A stretch of 63,512 bases of DNA, the filler included, from Sandaracinaceae bacterium (GTDB taxonomy: Bacteria; Myxococcota_A; Polyangia; Polyangiales; JADJQN01), in the NCBI GenBank assembly GCA_947483975.1. It is 4 parts of 4 records of this genome, joined end to end, with 100 filler letters (N's around TTAATTAATTAA, not from the genome) between each part and the next. Parts side by side here need not be neighbours in the genome. Positions count along the whole stretch, not along the records: positions 1 to 16,137 come from CANKOL010000084.1; 3 more parts are not named here. One strand, 5' to 3'. Position 1 is the first letter of the stretch, and every line of letters begins with the position of its first letter. Positions 1 through 10,977 of this stretch are shown piece after piece. The notes beneath the pieces are model-generated. The model worked only from the letters and a program-made list of their open reading frames with translations, searched no databases and was not told where the DNA came from. Position numbers and translations under genes: made by a program.

Positions 1-394
1 CAGCGGCAGCGGCGGCGACAGCCTCCGCGTTCGCGGTGTGCACGAACGCGGGAAGCCCGTTCCAGCCCTGGATCGCGGCGAGGTCAGTCGACGCCTGAGG
101 CGCGATCAGCGTCGGGCCCGCCTGCCGGCCGCGGGCGAGTTGGGCGAACACGCGCTCCATCGGGACGCCCGTCTGCAGGAGCAGAGCGTCCTCACGGCGC
201 CGTATGGCGTCGTACTCGACGGCCGGTTGAGTCGAGACCTTGGCGCTGATCTCCGCAGAGAACATCGACTCGAAGTACGAGTCGAAGATCGGCTTCAGAC
301 CGATCAAGCAGAGCGCGGCGAGCGCCGCATACATCGCGATCATTCCCGTGCGCGGTGGAGTGCCATCCGCGCGGAGGTGTTTCGGAGTCGTCAT
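1..394 (-). CDS. Hypothetical single-TM membrane protein directly downstream of actF (partial, runs off window edge)
   Basis: Not in ORF track; ATG at 394 preceded by GGGAG; translates MTTPKHLRADGTPPRTGMIAMYAALAALCLIGLKPIFDSYF... with no stop before position 1; begins 12 nt after the actF stop. Confidence 0.7.
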   Translation of the reverse strand, partial: MTTPKHLRADGTPPRTGMIAMYAALAALCLIGLKPIFDSYFESMFSAEISAKVSTQPAVEYDAIRRREDALLLQTGVPMERVFAQLARGRQAGPTLIAPQASTDLAAIQGWNGLPAFVHTANAEAVAAAAA

Positions 395-406
395 GGAAGG
401 CTCCCG

Positions 407-1798
407 TTACGCGTTGTGAAAGCGCATCGCCCGGCCGATGCGCGGGTCGCCGACGGCCACGAGTGAATGACGCGACATCTGCCAGAAGACGACCGCGAGG
501 AAGGTCCCGACCACTCCGAGCAAGCACGCGATGTCGAGCCAGTGCGGCGCAAAGCCTGGAGCGGCGTAGGGGATGACCAGCCAGTAGATGTCGAGCACGT
601 GCATCAGCAACATCCAGCCTGCGCCGAAGCCGAGGATGCCGAGGCGGCGCTTCGCGTTCCGCGAGATCAGCATGAAGAACGGCACGACGAAGTGCGCGAC
701 GAGCAGCACGAGCGAGACCGCACGCCAGCCGGAGGAGGCCCAACGGAGGTGGAAGAAGGTCGTCTCCTCCGGAATGCTCGCGTACCAGATCAGCATGAAC
801 TGGGAGAAGCCGATGTAGGCCCAGAACACGGTGAAGCCGAACATCAGCTTGCCGAGGTCGTGCAGGTGCTCGGTGGTGACGGTATTGCCGAGGTAACCCT
901 GGGAGCGAAGGCCCAACGTCACCACGATCAGGAGCGCGTGAATGCTCACCACGGAGCCGGCGAAGAGGTAGACGCCGTAGATGGTGGAGTACCAGGTCGG
1001 CTCGAGCGCCATCATCCAGTCGAAGCCGGAGAAGGTCAGCGTGAGTCCGAGGAGCGCCATCCCGCCCGGGGCGAGCGCCTGCAGCTTGCGGGTGATCGTG
1101 ACGTCGCGCGTCTTGTCCTGCCGCGTGGACAGCGAGAAGAGCCGCCAGGCGAAGAAGATCCACACCGCGAAGTAGAGGAGCGCACGGCCGGCGAAGAACG
1201 GCAGGTTGAGGTACCAAGCCTTGGCGGCGAGGACCTCCCCGTGCTCCGCGTGCAGCGCCTCGTCATTCCCCTCCCAGGCAGCGGCGTCGGGGATGGGCAT
1301 ATTGTCCTCGCCGACTCGGGCGATTGCGCCGTCCTCGCCTGCGGGAGCGACGTGCGCCTGCCCATGCTCAGCGGAGGCCCCGCCGTGCTCGCCTTCGCCG
1401 CCCGTGTGCCCGATCCACGGATAGAGCGTCGGGAGGGAGAGCGCGATCGGCACGAACAACACCGGCAGCACGAACATGCCGGTGAGGAAGAACTCCGCTG
1501 TGCGGCGGACGGTGACGCTCCAGCCCGCGCCCGTGAGGAACTGCAGCAGGACGAAGAACATCGCGCCGAGACCGAGGGACAGCGCCACCATGAAGGCGAA
1601 GAGCCAGCTGAACGCGAAGCGCTCGGGAGCGACCGTGTAGCCCGCGGCCGACGCGACGAGCCCGAGGACGGCAAACACCGCCATCACCTTCCATGCCTGC
1701 TGCCACGCCCCGTTGGCGGGGATGCGGAAGCTGGTCTCTGCCTTGGCGTTCGCAGGCTGCGCTTCCGCGCCGCCGGTCGCCGTGCTGGACGTGGTCAC
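407..1798 (-). CDS. actF: Alternative complex III membrane subunit ActF
   Basis: Multi-TM NrfD-like protein with DWMMALEPTWYST, HLHDLGKLMFGFTVFWAYIGFSQFMLIWY motifs; last of the coupled act genes. Confidence 0.9.
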   Translation of the reverse strand: MTTSSTATGGAEAQPANAKAETSFRIPANGAWQQAWKVMAVFAVLGLVASAAGYTVAPERFAFSWLFAFMVALSLGLGAMFFVLLQFLTGAGWSVTVRRTAEFFLTGMFVLPVLFVPIALSLPTLYPWIGHTGGEGEHGGASAEHGQAHVAPAGEDGAIARVGEDNMPIPDAAAWEGNDEALHAEHGEVLAAKAWYLNLPFFAGRALLYFAVWIFFAWRLFSLSTRQDKTRDVTITRKLQALAPGGMALLGLTLTFSGFDWMMALEPTWYSTIYGVYLFAGSVVSIHALLIVVTLGLRSQGYLGNTVTTEHLHDLGKLMFGFTVFWAYIGFSQFMLIWYASIPEETTFFHLRWASSGWRAVSLVLLVAHFVVPFFMLISRNAKRRLGILGFGAGWMLLMHVLDIYWLVIPYAAPGFAPHWLDIACLLGVVGTFLAVVFWQMSRHSLVAVGDPRIGRAMRFHNA

Positions 1799-2400
1799 GG
1801 TGCCTCCACGGGGACGTTGGCCTGGCTCACTTGGAGCGCGCGGACGTAGGCCACGATGGCCCAGCGGTCGTCCGTCGGGATCTGCGAGTAGTAACCCGGC
1901 ATGTTGCGGATTCCGTTCGTGATCGTGGCGTAGAGCTGCCCGTCCGGCATGTGCCGGAGACGGTCCTGGTGATACGACGGCGGCGCGAGCATGCCGCGAG
2001 TCACCATGATGCCCTTGCCGTCGCCGGTGCGACCGTGGCAGGGCGCACAGTAGATGTTGAAGCGCTCCTCGCCGCGCAGGAGCATCGCGTCGTTGCCGCC
2101 GAAGCGCTGACCGATCTCCTCCGGCAGGGCGAGGAGATAGGTCGTGCCATCCTCGTCACGACCGGTATCGATGCGCGTGTCGGTCTCCATCTCGCGCGCC
2201 ACCGCTCCGAACACCTGGGGGCGCATCATGCGGCCATCCGCGAAGAAGGCGCTGCGCCCCTGATTCTCGTAGCGCGGCTGGTCGTGCATGTTGCGGATGC
2301 CGCCAATCGGAGCATCGCCCGACGAGCCTCCGCGACAGCCCGCGAGCGCCGCGACGAGGACGAATACGGCGACGAGAGTCGCTCGAATTGGATTCCTCAC
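1795..2400 (-). CDS. actE: Alternative complex III monoheme cytochrome c lipoprotein ActE
   Basis: Lipobox LAGC; one CxxCH (CAPCH); MPGY..QI...DRWAIVAYVRALQ C-terminus. Confidence 0.9.
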   Translation of the reverse strand: MRNPIRATLVAVFVLVAALAGCRGGSSGDAPIGGIRNMHDQPRYENQGRSAFFADGRMMRPQVFGAVAREMETDTRIDTGRDEDGTTYLLALPEEIGQRFGGNDAMLLRGEERFNIYCAPCHGRTGDGKGIMVTRGMLAPPSYHQDRLRHMPDGQLYATITNGIRNMPGYYSQIPTDDRWAIVAYVRALQVSQANVPVEAP

Positions 2401-2993
2401 GATGGGTACTCCTCGATGAGTTCAAGGTGCGCGGGGGCGGTGCCCTGGAGCAGAGCGCGAGTCTTCTCGAGGTCGAACTTCGGGTCCGCCGCATCGACCG
2501 AGAGGAAGAAGCGGTCGTCCGTCGCGCGAGCGAAGCGCTCCGAGTTGAAGATAGGGTGGTGATGCCGCGGCAACTGGCAGAGGCCGAAGAGGCCGAACAC
2601 CGCGCCGAACGCGGACAGCAGCACGGTCATCTCGAACATCACGGGGACCATCGAGGGGATGGCGTCGGGCGGCTTGCCGCCGATGATGAGCGGGTAGTCG
2701 ATGCCGTTCATCCACGTCATCATCAGGAAGCCCGCGATGCAGCCGGTCAGGCCCATCACGAAGACGATCCAGCCGAGCGGCGTGTCACGCATCCCCATCG
2801 CCGCATCCATCCCGTGGATGGGATACGGCGTGTGGGTGTCGAACTTCTTGTAGCCCGCGTCGCGCAGTTTCATCGCGGCGTCGACCACGCCGTCAGGCGT
2901 CTCGTACTCCGCGAGGAACAGAGAAGCGATGTGCTCCTCGACTCCCTCATCCGCGCCGACCGTGTTCGTCGTAGTGGTCGTCATGGCTGTCAC
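2397..2993 (-). CDS. actD: Alternative complex III subunit ActD (DUF3341)
   Basis: [25 protein letters not shown] motifs; two TM helices; between actC and actE. Confidence 0.9.
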   Translation of the reverse strand: MTAMTTTTTNTVGADEGVEEHIASLFLAEYETPDGVVDAAMKLRDAGYKKFDTHTPYPIHGMDAAMGMRDTPLGWIVFVMGLTGCIAGFLMMTWMNGIDYPLIIGGKPPDAIPSMVPVMFEMTVLLSAFGAVFGLFGLCQLPRHHHPIFNSERFARATDDRFFLSVDAADPKFDLEKTRALLQGTAPAHLELIEEYPS

Positions 2994-4483
2994 TCCGCCG
3001 GTACGGCCGCAGCCGCGTCGTGGTGATCGTGCTCTTCGTGCGCGTGGTCGGTGCCGTGACTCGCGTGCGGATGGGCGTTGGGCAAGGTTGCCTTGACCTC
3101 AGCGAGCGCGATCATCGGAAGCCAGCGGAGGAACAGGAGGAAGCACGTGAAGAAGAAGCCGAACGTGCCTAGGTAGAGACCCATGTCCCAGATGGTCGGG
3201 CTGTACATGCCCCACGAGGCGGGGATGTAGTCGCGGTGGAGGGTCGTCACGATGATGACGAAGCGCTCAAACCACATACCGACGTTGATCAAGATGGAGA
3301 CGACGAACATCACGGGGATGCTCGTGCGCATACGCTTGAACCAGAACACCTGCGGGAAGATCACGTTGCACGCGATCATCGACCAATAGGCCCACGCGTA
3401 CGGGCCAGTCGCGCGGTTGAGGAACACGTACCGCTCGTATTGGTTGCCCGAGTAATAGGCGACGAAGAACTCCATCGCGTACGCGTAGCCGACGAGGCTA
3501 CCCGTCGTGAGCATGATCTTGTTCATCAGCTCGAGGTGCTTCATCGTCACGACGTCCTTCATGCCGAAGACCGCGCGGCAGATGAGCATCAGCGTGAGCA
3601 CCATCGCGAAGCCGCTGAACACTGCGCCGGCGACGAAGTAGGGCGGGAAGATCGTCGTGTGCCAGCCCGGCTCGACCGACGTGGCGAAGTCGAACGAAAC
3701 GATGGAGTGCACCGAGAGGACGAGCGGCGCGGAGAGCCCCGCGAGGATCAGATACGCGCGCTCGTAGTGCTGCCAGTGACGGTTGCTGCCGCGCCAGCCG
3801 AGCGAGAAGAAGCCATACGCAAAGCGGCGGATCTTCTGCGCGCGAGAGTTGCCCGTCGAGCGGTCACGCAGCGTCGCGAGGTCGGGAATCAGCCCGATGA
3901 ACCAAAACAACGCCGAGACGGTGAAGTACGTCGAGACGGCGAAGATGTCCCACATCAGCGGGCTCTTGAACTGGGGCCAGAGCCCCATCTGGTTCGGGAG
4001 CGGGAACATGTAGTAGTCGAACCACGGACGCCCCGTGTGCAGTCCGGGGAAGATGCCCGCGCACATGACGGCGAAGATGGTCATCGCCTCGGCGAAGCGG
4101 TTGATGCTGGTGCGCCACTTCTGCCGGAACAAGAACAGAATCGCGCTGATCAGCGTGCCGGCGTGGCCGATGCCGATCCACCAGACGAAGTTGGTGATGT
4201 CCCAGGCCCAGCTGACGGGGCTGTTGTTGCCCCAGACGCCGACGCCGCGATAGAGCAGCCAGCTGATGGAGCCACCGAGGATGCCCGCGCCGAAGAGGGC
4301 GATGGCGAAGCCGATCCACCACGCCTTCGGAGTCTTCATCTCCGTCGGAGCGCAGATCGTGTCCGTCAGGCTCCTCATGGTCGTCCCGGGCGGGAGGAGG
4401 TTGCGCTCGCCGAGGAACTCGATGGGTCCTTCGGCGCCGAGCGCGAGCTCCTGCTCGACCGGGGAGAAATGCGCCTCACTCAT
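2990..4483 (-). CDS. actC: Alternative complex III quinol-binding NrfD/PsrC-family subunit ActC
   Basis: [51 protein letters not shown] motifs. Confidence 0.95.
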   Translation of the reverse strand: MSEAHFSPVEQELALGAEGPIEFLGERNLLPPGTTMRSLTDTICAPTEMKTPKAWWIGFAIALFGAGILGGSISWLLYRGVGVWGNNSPVSWAWDITNFVWWIGIGHAGTLISAILFLFRQKWRTSINRFAEAMTIFAVMCAGIFPGLHTGRPWFDYYMFPLPNQMGLWPQFKSPLMWDIFAVSTYFTVSALFWFIGLIPDLATLRDRSTGNSRAQKIRRFAYGFFSLGWRGSNRHWQHYERAYLILAGLSAPLVLSVHSIVSFDFATSVEPGWHTTIFPPYFVAGAVFSGFAMVLTLMLICRAVFGMKDVVTMKHLELMNKIMLTTGSLVGYAYAMEFFVAYYSGNQYERYVFLNRATGPYAWAYWSMIACNVIFPQVFWFKRMRTSIPVMFVVSILINVGMWFERFVIIVTTLHRDYIPASWGMYSPTIWDMGLYLGTFGFFFTCFLLFLRWLPMIALAEVKATLPNAHPHASHGTDHAHEEHDHHDAAAAVPAE

Positions 4484-7400
4484 GCGGACATCTCCGGGTT
4501 CGGATTGCGGACCTTGCCGAGGTAGGTGGTTCGCGGCTGTGCGCCGACTTCGGCGAGCAGCTTGTAGTGTCGGGAAATCTGGTTGGCTCGGGAGAGCCGG
4601 CTACCAGGGTCGTTGAGGTCGCCGAAGACGATGGCCTGCGAGGGGCACGCCTGCGCGCAAGCGACGTTGATGTCGCCGTCTCGGAGCGCCCTGCCCGCGA
4701 CCTTCGTCGCGATGCGCGCCATCTCGATGCGCTGCACGCAGTAGGTGCACTTCTCCATCACGCCGCGCATGCGGACCGTGACGTTCGGATTGAACTGCAT
4801 CATCCGCGTCGACGGAACTTCCTCGTCGGCTTCGTTGACCGTGTGCCAGTTGAGGTAGTTGAAGCGCCGCGCCTTGTAGGGGCAGTTGTTGGCGCAGTAC
4901 CGCGTGCCGATGCAGCGGTTGTAGGACATGTCGTTGAGGCCCTCGGGCGAGTGGGCCGTCGCCTCGACAGGGCAGACGTTCTCGCAGGGAGCCTCTTCGC
5001 ACTGCTGACACGAGAGCGGCTGGAAGGAGACTTCCGGCTCGTTCGCGTCCTCGCCCACGAAGTAGCGGTCGATGCGTATCCAGTGCATCTCGCGACCGCG
5101 GGCGACCATCGCCTTGCCGACGGTCGGGATGTTGTTCTCCGACTGACACGCGATGACGCAGGTGTTGCAGCCGGTGCAGGCGCTGAGGTCGATGACCATG
5201 CCCCACTTGTGTCCGCGATACTCGACCTCGCGCCAAAGCGGCAGGGCCCGCGGCGCCGGCGAGCGGCTGATCGCGAAGGTCGGATCTGCCTTGAACTCCT
5301 CGAGGGTGGCGTCGATCGCGATCGGGCGCCCCTCCATCGAGTTGTGGTCCTGCGTCTGCGAGACCGAGTGCTTCGCGCCGGTCTTCTGCACCTGCACGAC
5401 CGCCGAGTGGAGGCCGTCCGACCGACGCAGCGGATAGACGTCGAAGCCGACCTTGGTCCCGTAGCGACCGGTGTGCTCGCGGCCCCAGCCCATCAGCAGG
5501 CCGACTGTCTTCTCCGGCTGGCCCGGGAGCAGCCACGCGGGAAGCTCGATGGAGGCGCCGTCGCGCGCGACGCGAATCATGTCGCCATTGCGCAGGCCGA
5601 GCTCGCCCGCCGACTTCGGCGAGAGGAGCGCGACGTTGTCCCAGCTGATGCGGGTCATCGGGTCGGGGAGCTCGAGGAGCCAGGCGTTGTTCGCGTGGCG
5701 TCCATCGAGCATCTTCGGACACGCGAGGAAGACCGCCTCGAAGCCCGCCGCGGCCGGAGCCACGGCGCGGCTGAGCGCCGACGCGATGCGCCCGAGGTCG
5801 ACCCCCGGGCCGCGCGGCGCCTCTGCCGTCCCGGCGATGAAGCCGCGATTCAGGATGCGACGCCACTCCGACTCGAAGCCGAAAGCCTCGAAGCCGGGGG
5901 CCGCGCGGAGCGTCTCTCGCACGACGTAGTAGGGGCGCCAGTTGCGCTCGCCGGCGAGCTGCGCGAGCACCTCGAGGTCAGTGCGGCCGCCGAAGAGCGG
6001 GGCGATCAGCGGCTGCTGAATCGTGACGGTGCCGTCGAGCGCCCGGAGGTCGCCCCACGACTCGAGCTCGTGGGCGCGCGGAACGTGCCACTTCGTCGTG
6101 CGGCTCGTCTCGTCGTGGAAGGCCGAGTAGTGCACGGACGTCTCGACGGCCGCGAGCTTCGCGGCGAGGCCGAGGTCCGCCGGGGCGTCGAGCACCGGAT
6201 TCCCACCGAGCACGAACACGGTCTTCGCGCCCGCGAGGCCCTCGGCGAAGGCGCGGATGCTGGCGAGTTGCGAGTCCTCGTTCGGGTCGGCGACCGTCGT
6301 GAACGAGATCGTCGTGCCGTGGTTCCCGAGGGCCGCGTTGAGCGCGTGCACGAGCGCGTGCACCTCGGCGGAGAGGCGGCTACCAGCGACGATGACGCTC
6401 TGGCCGCGTGCGCCTGCGAGCTCCTTGGCCACCGTCGACAGCCACTTGCCCGGGAGCCCCGCGACGCTCGCGCGCTGCACGGACGCGCCCACCGAACCGA
6501 GGTCCAGGCGGTGGGTCGTGGCGAGTTCCTTCGCGAGCGCTCGGACGTAGGCCTCAATCTTCGAGGGCGCGAGCGCGAGGCGATGGTCGGCGTTCGCGCC
6601 GGTCGTCGAGTGAGTCGACTCGACGACGTAGAGCCGGCTCATCGGGTCGCCCGGATGCGAGAGGCGACGACCATCTGCGAAGCGGCGCGACGACTGCACG
6701 GCGGCGGACTCCGTCTGCAGGAAGTCGGCGTCGAGCGAGAGGATGACCTTGGCGCCCTGGTAGTCGTGGTGCGCGACGAGGGGCTCACCGAAGGCGAGGC
6801 GCGCACCGTCCCGGGCGTTCGACTCGTTGACCGGCGTCCAGGTGTGGAACTTGGCGCGCGGGAACTTGGCGAGGACGCCCGCGCGGAGGCGCATGAACGA
6901 CGGAGAGATCGTCGGCGTCGCGAGGATCCGCAGCCCTGCGCCTGCGTCGGCGGTGTGGGTCCGGACGATCTGGGCCATCAGCGCGTCGACGTCGGCGAAC
7001 GACTTCGTCGCCTCGCCTTGCCGCGGACCGTTGGAGCGATCCGGGTCGTAGAGGTCGAGGACCAGCGCCTGCGCAAGCAGGTCGGTCGAGCCGAGGCTCG
7101 CCGGGTGCTCGGGGTTGCCCTCGATCTTCGTGGGTCGACCCTCGTAGGTCGTGACCAACAGGCCGAGCGCCTCACCGCGACGCTCGACGCTCGTCGCGTA
7201 GTGCATCGGTGAGCCGGGGTTGAGGTACTCCGGCGCCTTCGCGTAGGGGAGGATCTCCTCGACCGGGCGGCGCACGCAGCCCTCGAGGCCGATCGCCGCT
7301 GCGGTCGCCGTCGCGATCGTCAGGAAGCCGCGGCGCGAGACGCTCGACGCGTCGTCGACATCGCCGACGCCCAGCGGGAACTCAGGCTTCGCCGACTCCG

Positions 7401-7497
7401 CGAAGACCTCGGGCGCGGCCTTTTCCTCGAGGCTCTTCCAGAACTTCTTCGCGCCGGCCGGAGCAGCCGCGAAGACGTATTTCTCTCGCTTGCTCAT
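4480..7497 (-). CDS. actB: Alternative complex III subunit ActB (molybdopterin-oxidoreductase-like domain plus Fe-S domain)
   Basis: Tat motif SRRGFL followed by [18 protein letters not shown]-terminal Fe-S motifs ([42 protein letters not shown]); ATGA overlap with actA stop. Confidence 0.95.
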   Translation of the reverse strand: MSKREKYVFAAAPAGAKKFWKSLEEKAAPEVFAESAKPEFPLGVGDVDDASSVSRRGFLTIATATAAAIGLEGCVRRPVEEILPYAKAPEYLNPGSPMHYATSVERRGEALGLLVTTYEGRPTKIEGNPEHPASLGSTDLLAQALVLDLYDPDRSNGPRQGEATKSFADVDALMAQIVRTHTADAGAGLRILATPTISPSFMRLRAGVLAKFPRAKFHTWTPVNESNARDGARLAFGEPLVAHHDYQGAKVILSLDADFLQTESAAVQSSRRFADGRRLSHPGDPMSRLYVVESTHSTTGANADHRLALAPSKIEAYVRALAKELATTHRLDLGSVGASVQRASVAGLPGKWLSTVAKELAGARGQSVIVAGSRLSAEVHALVHALNAALGNHGTTISFTTVADPNEDSQLASIRAFAEGLAGAKTVFVLGGNPVLDAPADLGLAAKLAAVETSVHYSAFHDETSRTTKWHVPRAHELESWGDLRALDGTVTIQQPLIAPLFGGRTDLEVLAQLAGERNWRPYYVVRETLRAAPGFEAFGFESEWRRILNRGFIAGTAEAPRGPGVDLGRIASALSRAVAPAAAGFEAVFLACPKMLDGRHANNAWLLELPDPMTRISWDNVALLSPKSAGELGLRNGDMIRVARDGASIELPAWLLPGQPEKTVGLLMGWGREHTGRYGTKVGFDVYPLRRSDGLHSAVVQVQKTGAKHSVSQTQDHNSMEGRPIAIDATLEEFKADPTFAISRSPAPRALPLWREVEYRGHKWGMVIDLSACTGCNTCVIACQSENNIPTVGKAMVARGREMHWIRIDRYFVGEDANEPEVSFQPLSCQQCEEAPCENVCPVEATAHSPEGLNDMSYNRCIGTRYCANNCPYKARRFNYLNWHTVNEADEEVPSTRMMQFNPNVTVRMRGVMEKCTYCVQRIEMARIATKVAGRALRDGDINVACAQACPSQAIVFGDLNDPGSRLSRANQISRHYKLLAEVGAQPRTTYLGKVRNPNPEMSA

Positions 7498-8129
7498 CGG
7501 TGACACCCCGAGCAGTTCTCTGGCGGATGGACGTTGGCAGCGAGGGCCTGCACGGCTTCAGGAGTGGCGGTCTGCACCCACGCCATGTTCGTGAGCTGAT
7601 CGTGCGGGCGCAGAGACGGCCCCGGATTCCGGTGGCACTCGATGCACCAGCTCATGCTCATCGGCTGCGCGACGGAGACGACCTCCATCTGGTCGATGCG
7701 ACCGTGGCAGGTGGAGCAGCCCACGCCACCGTTGAGGTGGACGGAGTGGTTGAAGTACGCGTGGTCAGGCAGCTTGTGGACGCGCACCCACTCGATCGGC
7801 TTGCCCGTCGCCCAGCTCTCGCGGACGAGGCGCAGGCGCGGGGACTGAGCCTTGATCATGGAGTGGCAGCCCATGCAGCTCTGCGTCGGCGGGATCAACG
7901 CTTCGCCCGAGCGCTCGACGTTCGCGTGGCAGTAGCGACAGTCCATGCCGAGCTGGCCCGCGTGCATGCGGTGGCTATATGGCAAGGGCTGCCGGGGCGT
8001 GTAGCCCACCTGCAGATTCGCTGGTGACAGGTAGTACCAGACGATGCCGGTCACCGCGCCGCCCGCCACGAAGGTGACGAGGGCCAGCACGACCGGCAGG
8101 ATGTTGAGTGTCTTCGGGAAGATCTGCAT
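7494..8129 (-). CDS. actA: Alternative complex III pentaheme cytochrome c ActA
   Basis: N-terminal TM helix and five CxxCH motifs (CRYCH, CMGCH, CSTCH, CIECH, CSGCH). Confidence 0.95.
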   Translation of the reverse strand: MQIFPKTLNILPVVLALVTFVAGGAVTGIVWYYLSPANLQVGYTPRQPLPYSHRMHAGQLGMDCRYCHANVERSGEALIPPTQSCMGCHSMIKAQSPRLRLVRESWATGKPIEWVRVHKLPDHAYFNHSVHLNGGVGCSTCHGRIDQMEVVSVAQPMSMSWCIECHRNPGPSLRPHDQLTNMAWVQTATPEAVQALAANVHPPENCSGCHR

Positions 8130-8308
8130 GAGGCCTTCGCTCGCGTGAGTTCGGGAGCCAGACGGCTTGAGCCAGACTGAGAGCCTGCCGTGGGGAGGGC
8201 CACTCGGGCCTCCATGGCAGGCTCGACGGATTAGCCGCTCATTGGCGCGCCCTTATAGGGGACGTTCCGTAACGGCACAAGCCCTTAGCCTGGGATACGA
8301 CTGCAGTT

Positions 8309-8815
8309 TTATTCGGAAGCAGCTTGAAGGAGCGCGCGGACTTCTTCGGCATGGGTCGGACAGTCCCGAGCCAAGATCGAAAGCGATACGGAGTGGTCGG
8401 GGTTTTCGCTGCGGGAGAGCACCGAGACGGGCGTGGTCGAGAGGCGCGGGCCCTCGGCGAGTGGGCTCGAGGGGGGCAGAGTCGCACGAATCGCGACCAG
8501 AAGGCCCGAGTGAATTTCAAAACGCGCTCGGCGCGGGGCCGGGGATGCGAACGACGGGCCGGCGGCGGGGTCGGGGAACCACTCGAGCGCGAGGTCCCCG
8601 TTGGACGGGGCGTCTGCGGCCGCGCGGAAGGTGCCCCGAACGGGCGGGGCGAGTTTGCGTCGCAGGTCGCTCGCGCTCTGCCCGAGGCGCGCCCCGTAGA
8701 AAGAAGGTGCGTCGTCTGCGCCGATCGAGAGCGTCGAGACGACGGCCCATGCCGTGGCTCCGAGGAGCCCGACGACGACCACGACCGAGACTACTGCCGC
8801 CCGCGAGACCGCCAT
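8309..8815 (-). CDS. Hypothetical exported/membrane-anchored protein
   Basis: From ATG at 8815, hydrophobic N-terminus (AAVVSVVVVVGLLGATAWAVV); fills the gap between actA and the kinase. Confidence 0.55.
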   Translation of the reverse strand: MAVSRAAVVSVVVVVGLLGATAWAVVSTLSIGADDAPSFYGARLGQSASDLRRKLAPPVRGTFRAAADAPSNGDLALEWFPDPAAGPSFASPAPRRARFEIHSGLLVAIRATLPPSSPLAEGPRLSTTPVSVLSRSENPDHSVSLSILARDCPTHAEEVRALLQAASE

Positions 8816-8913
8816 TCCCACCGCTCTTGTCCGACGCAGGCGCGCGGGCGTCAAGCGGCGACTGCCTTCGGTGACGGCACAGTAGGACCTGGGCGCGACG
8901 CGGTGTACGCTCG

Positions 8914-10944
8914 GTGTGCTTGCGCACAACCCTGCCACCGCCACCGCCAGCACCCGCGCCGCACACGAGCTTTGGCCCGTATGTGCTCCTCGAACGTCTG
9001 GCCGTCGGCGGGATGGCGGAGGTCTTTCGCGCGGTGGAGGCGACCTCGAGCTGGTCGGGCACGCCACGCACGCTCGTCATCAAGCGGATGTTGCCCGCGC
9101 TGCTCGCCGACCCGGAGGCCCGGGCGATGTTTGCGGAGGAGCGGCGCATCGGCACGTTCCTTCGCCACGAGAACGTCGTCGCGCAGGTGGGTGGAGGCGA
9201 GGCGGAGGGGACCCCGTATCTCGCGCTCGAGCTCGTGCCGGGGATGGATCTCTGGAAGCTCACCCGCTGGCTGACGCGCGAAGGACGCGCGCTCGCGGTG
9301 CCGCTCGCGGTGTTCGTCACGAGCGAGGTGCTCGCGGGGCTCGCCGCCGTGCACAGCGCGCAAGATGAGCACGGAGTGCCGCTCGGGATCGTGCACCGCG
9401 ACGTCAGCCCGTCGAACGTGCTGCTCTCGCTGCATGGCGACGTGAAGCTCGCGGATCTCGGCATCGCGTCGGTGCGCACGGCGACCGCACAGCCGGAGAG
9501 CCTCGGGACGCGCGGGGTCGCGTCGCGGGCGAAGGGCAAGCTCGGCTATCTCGCGCCCGAGCAGGTGCGAGGCGAGGCGCTCGATCAGCGCGCGGACGTC
9601 TTCGGCGCGGCGGTGATCCTGGCGGAGCTGCTGCTCGGACGGCCGCTGTTCTCGGGGGGCTCGGAGCTCGCCGTGCTGCTGGCGATCCGCGACGGCGACG
9701 TGCGAGCGTTTCGCGAGATCGTCGGCAGCTTGCCCGAGGGCCTCGGCCCCGTCGTGCTCGCGGCGCTCGCCCGCGACCGGGAGCGCCGGATGCCGAGCGC
9801 GGCGGCGATGCGGCACGCGCTCGCGCGCTTCACTCCGGCGGACGCCTCGGTGATGCGCGCGGAGCTCGCAGAGTTGGTGCGCACGGGCGTCGCGACGCTC
9901 GAGGGGGGCGAGGTCGCGCCGAGGACCCCGCACACGCCCGTCGTGGAGGTCCTGCGCGAGACGTCGCGGACGCCGATCGCGGATCCGCAAGCGCCGACGA
10001 CGGGCGAGATGCCGACGCTCGACTACGTCATCCAGACGACGACGGGAGAGCGGCGCGGGCCCTGGCCGTTCGCGCAGATGGTGCACGCGATCGCGACCGG
10101 GGGCGTGAGCCACGACGACCTCGTCAGCGCGGGCGGCGGAGCGTTTCGCCCGGTCGGCGAGGTGAGCGGGCTCGCCCGGCACTTCCCGATGTCGAGCCTC
10201 AGCGCCGTGACGCGCGAGCGCACGACGCCGGCAGAGCCCGACGCGTCGTTCCGCCTCGAGGACGGCGGCTTCGTGCAGACCCTGGCGCTCCTCGTCCTCC
10301 GTGAGGAGACGGGCCTGCTCCTCTGCGAGCAGGGCGGAGTCCGCAAGGAGGTCTACGTCCTGCGGGGCGCGCCTACGTTCGTGACGTCGAACCTCGCGAG
10401 CGAGCTGCTCGGCGAGTTCCTCGTCGGGCGGGGCGTGATCTCGCGGGGCGAGCTCGACATGGCGCTCGCGGTGCTGCCGCGCTTCGAGGGGCGCCTCGGC
10501 GACACGCTCGCTGCGCTGGGGCTCGTCGAGCCGGTGCATCTCTTTCAGCACATCGCGGCGCAGGTCCGCGAGAAGCTGCTCGACCTGTTCTGCTGGGTAG
10601 GCGGGCGCGCGTCCCTCTGGCGCGGCGTCCAAGCCCCGCAGAGCGGCTTCCCGCTCGGGCTCGACCCTTGGTCGATCCTCGAGGAGGGCATCGCGCGGCG
10701 GATCGCTCAGGGGCTCGACGACGATCTCCTCACGGCGGCGCCGAATCTGCGCGTGTGCCAGACGCGCCCTCCCCCGCGCGACGTGGACACCGCGCTGCTC
10801 CCGACGGGGGCTCGACAGCTCTACGAGGGGCTCGCCATCCCGCGCATCCTGCGCACGCTGAACGCCGCGCCCGGCAACCCGAGCTGCGACGACCGGGTCG
10901 CCGCCGTCATGCTCCTGCGCCTCGGCCTCGCTCGCATCGCTTGA
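8914..10944 (+). CDS. Hanks-type Ser/Thr protein kinase with GYF-like and DUF4388-like C-terminal domains
   Basis: GGMAEVF, VIKR, HRDVSPSN, DLG, GKLGYLAPEQ; later RRGPWPF (GYF-like) and ETGLL..../LLGEFLV.RGVIS (DUF4388-like); start approximate. Confidence 0.85.
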   Translation: MCLRTTLPPPPPAPAPHTSFGPYVLLERLAVGGMAEVFRAVEATSSWSGTPRTLVIKRMLPALLADPEARAMFAEERRIGTFLRHENVVAQVGGGEAEGTPYLALELVPGMDLWKLTRWLTREGRALAVPLAVFVTSEVLAGLAAVHSAQDEHGVPLGIVHRDVSPSNVLLSLHGDVKLADLGIASVRTATAQPESLGTRGVASRAKGKLGYLAPEQVRGEALDQRADVFGAAVILAELLLGRPLFSGGSELAVLLAIRDGDVRAFREIVGSLPEGLGPVVLAALARDRERRMPSAAAMRHALARFTPADASVMRAELAELVRTGVATLEGGEVAPRTPHTPVVEVLRETSRTPIADPQAPTTGEMPTLDYVIQTTTGERRGPWPFAQMVHAIATGGVSHDDLVSAGGGAFRPVGEVSGLARHFPMSSLSAVTRERTTPAEPDASFRLEDGGFVQTLALLVLREETGLLLCEQGGVRKEVYVLRGAPTFVTSNLASELLGEFLVGRGVISRGELDMALAVLPRFEGRLGDTLAALGLVEPVHLFQHIAAQVREKLLDLFCWVGGRASLWRGVQAPQSGFPLGLDPWSILEEGIARRIAQGLDDDLLTAAPNLRVCQTRPPPRDVDTALLPTGARQLYEGLAIPRILRTLNAAPGNPSCDDRVAAVMLLRLGLARIA

Positions 10945-10977
10945 CCCAGTGCGCGCGCGGGTGCTACCCGCGTCGCC

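Noticed and set aside
4567..7212. Very long antisense or alternate-frame ORFs (e.g. 4567-7212 +, 8851-11985 -, 22489-26079 +, 28167-30557 +, 41139-43448 -, 53731-56016 -)
   Set aside because: Arg/Ala-rich shadow frames expected in high-GC DNA opposite well-supported genes; no motifs.
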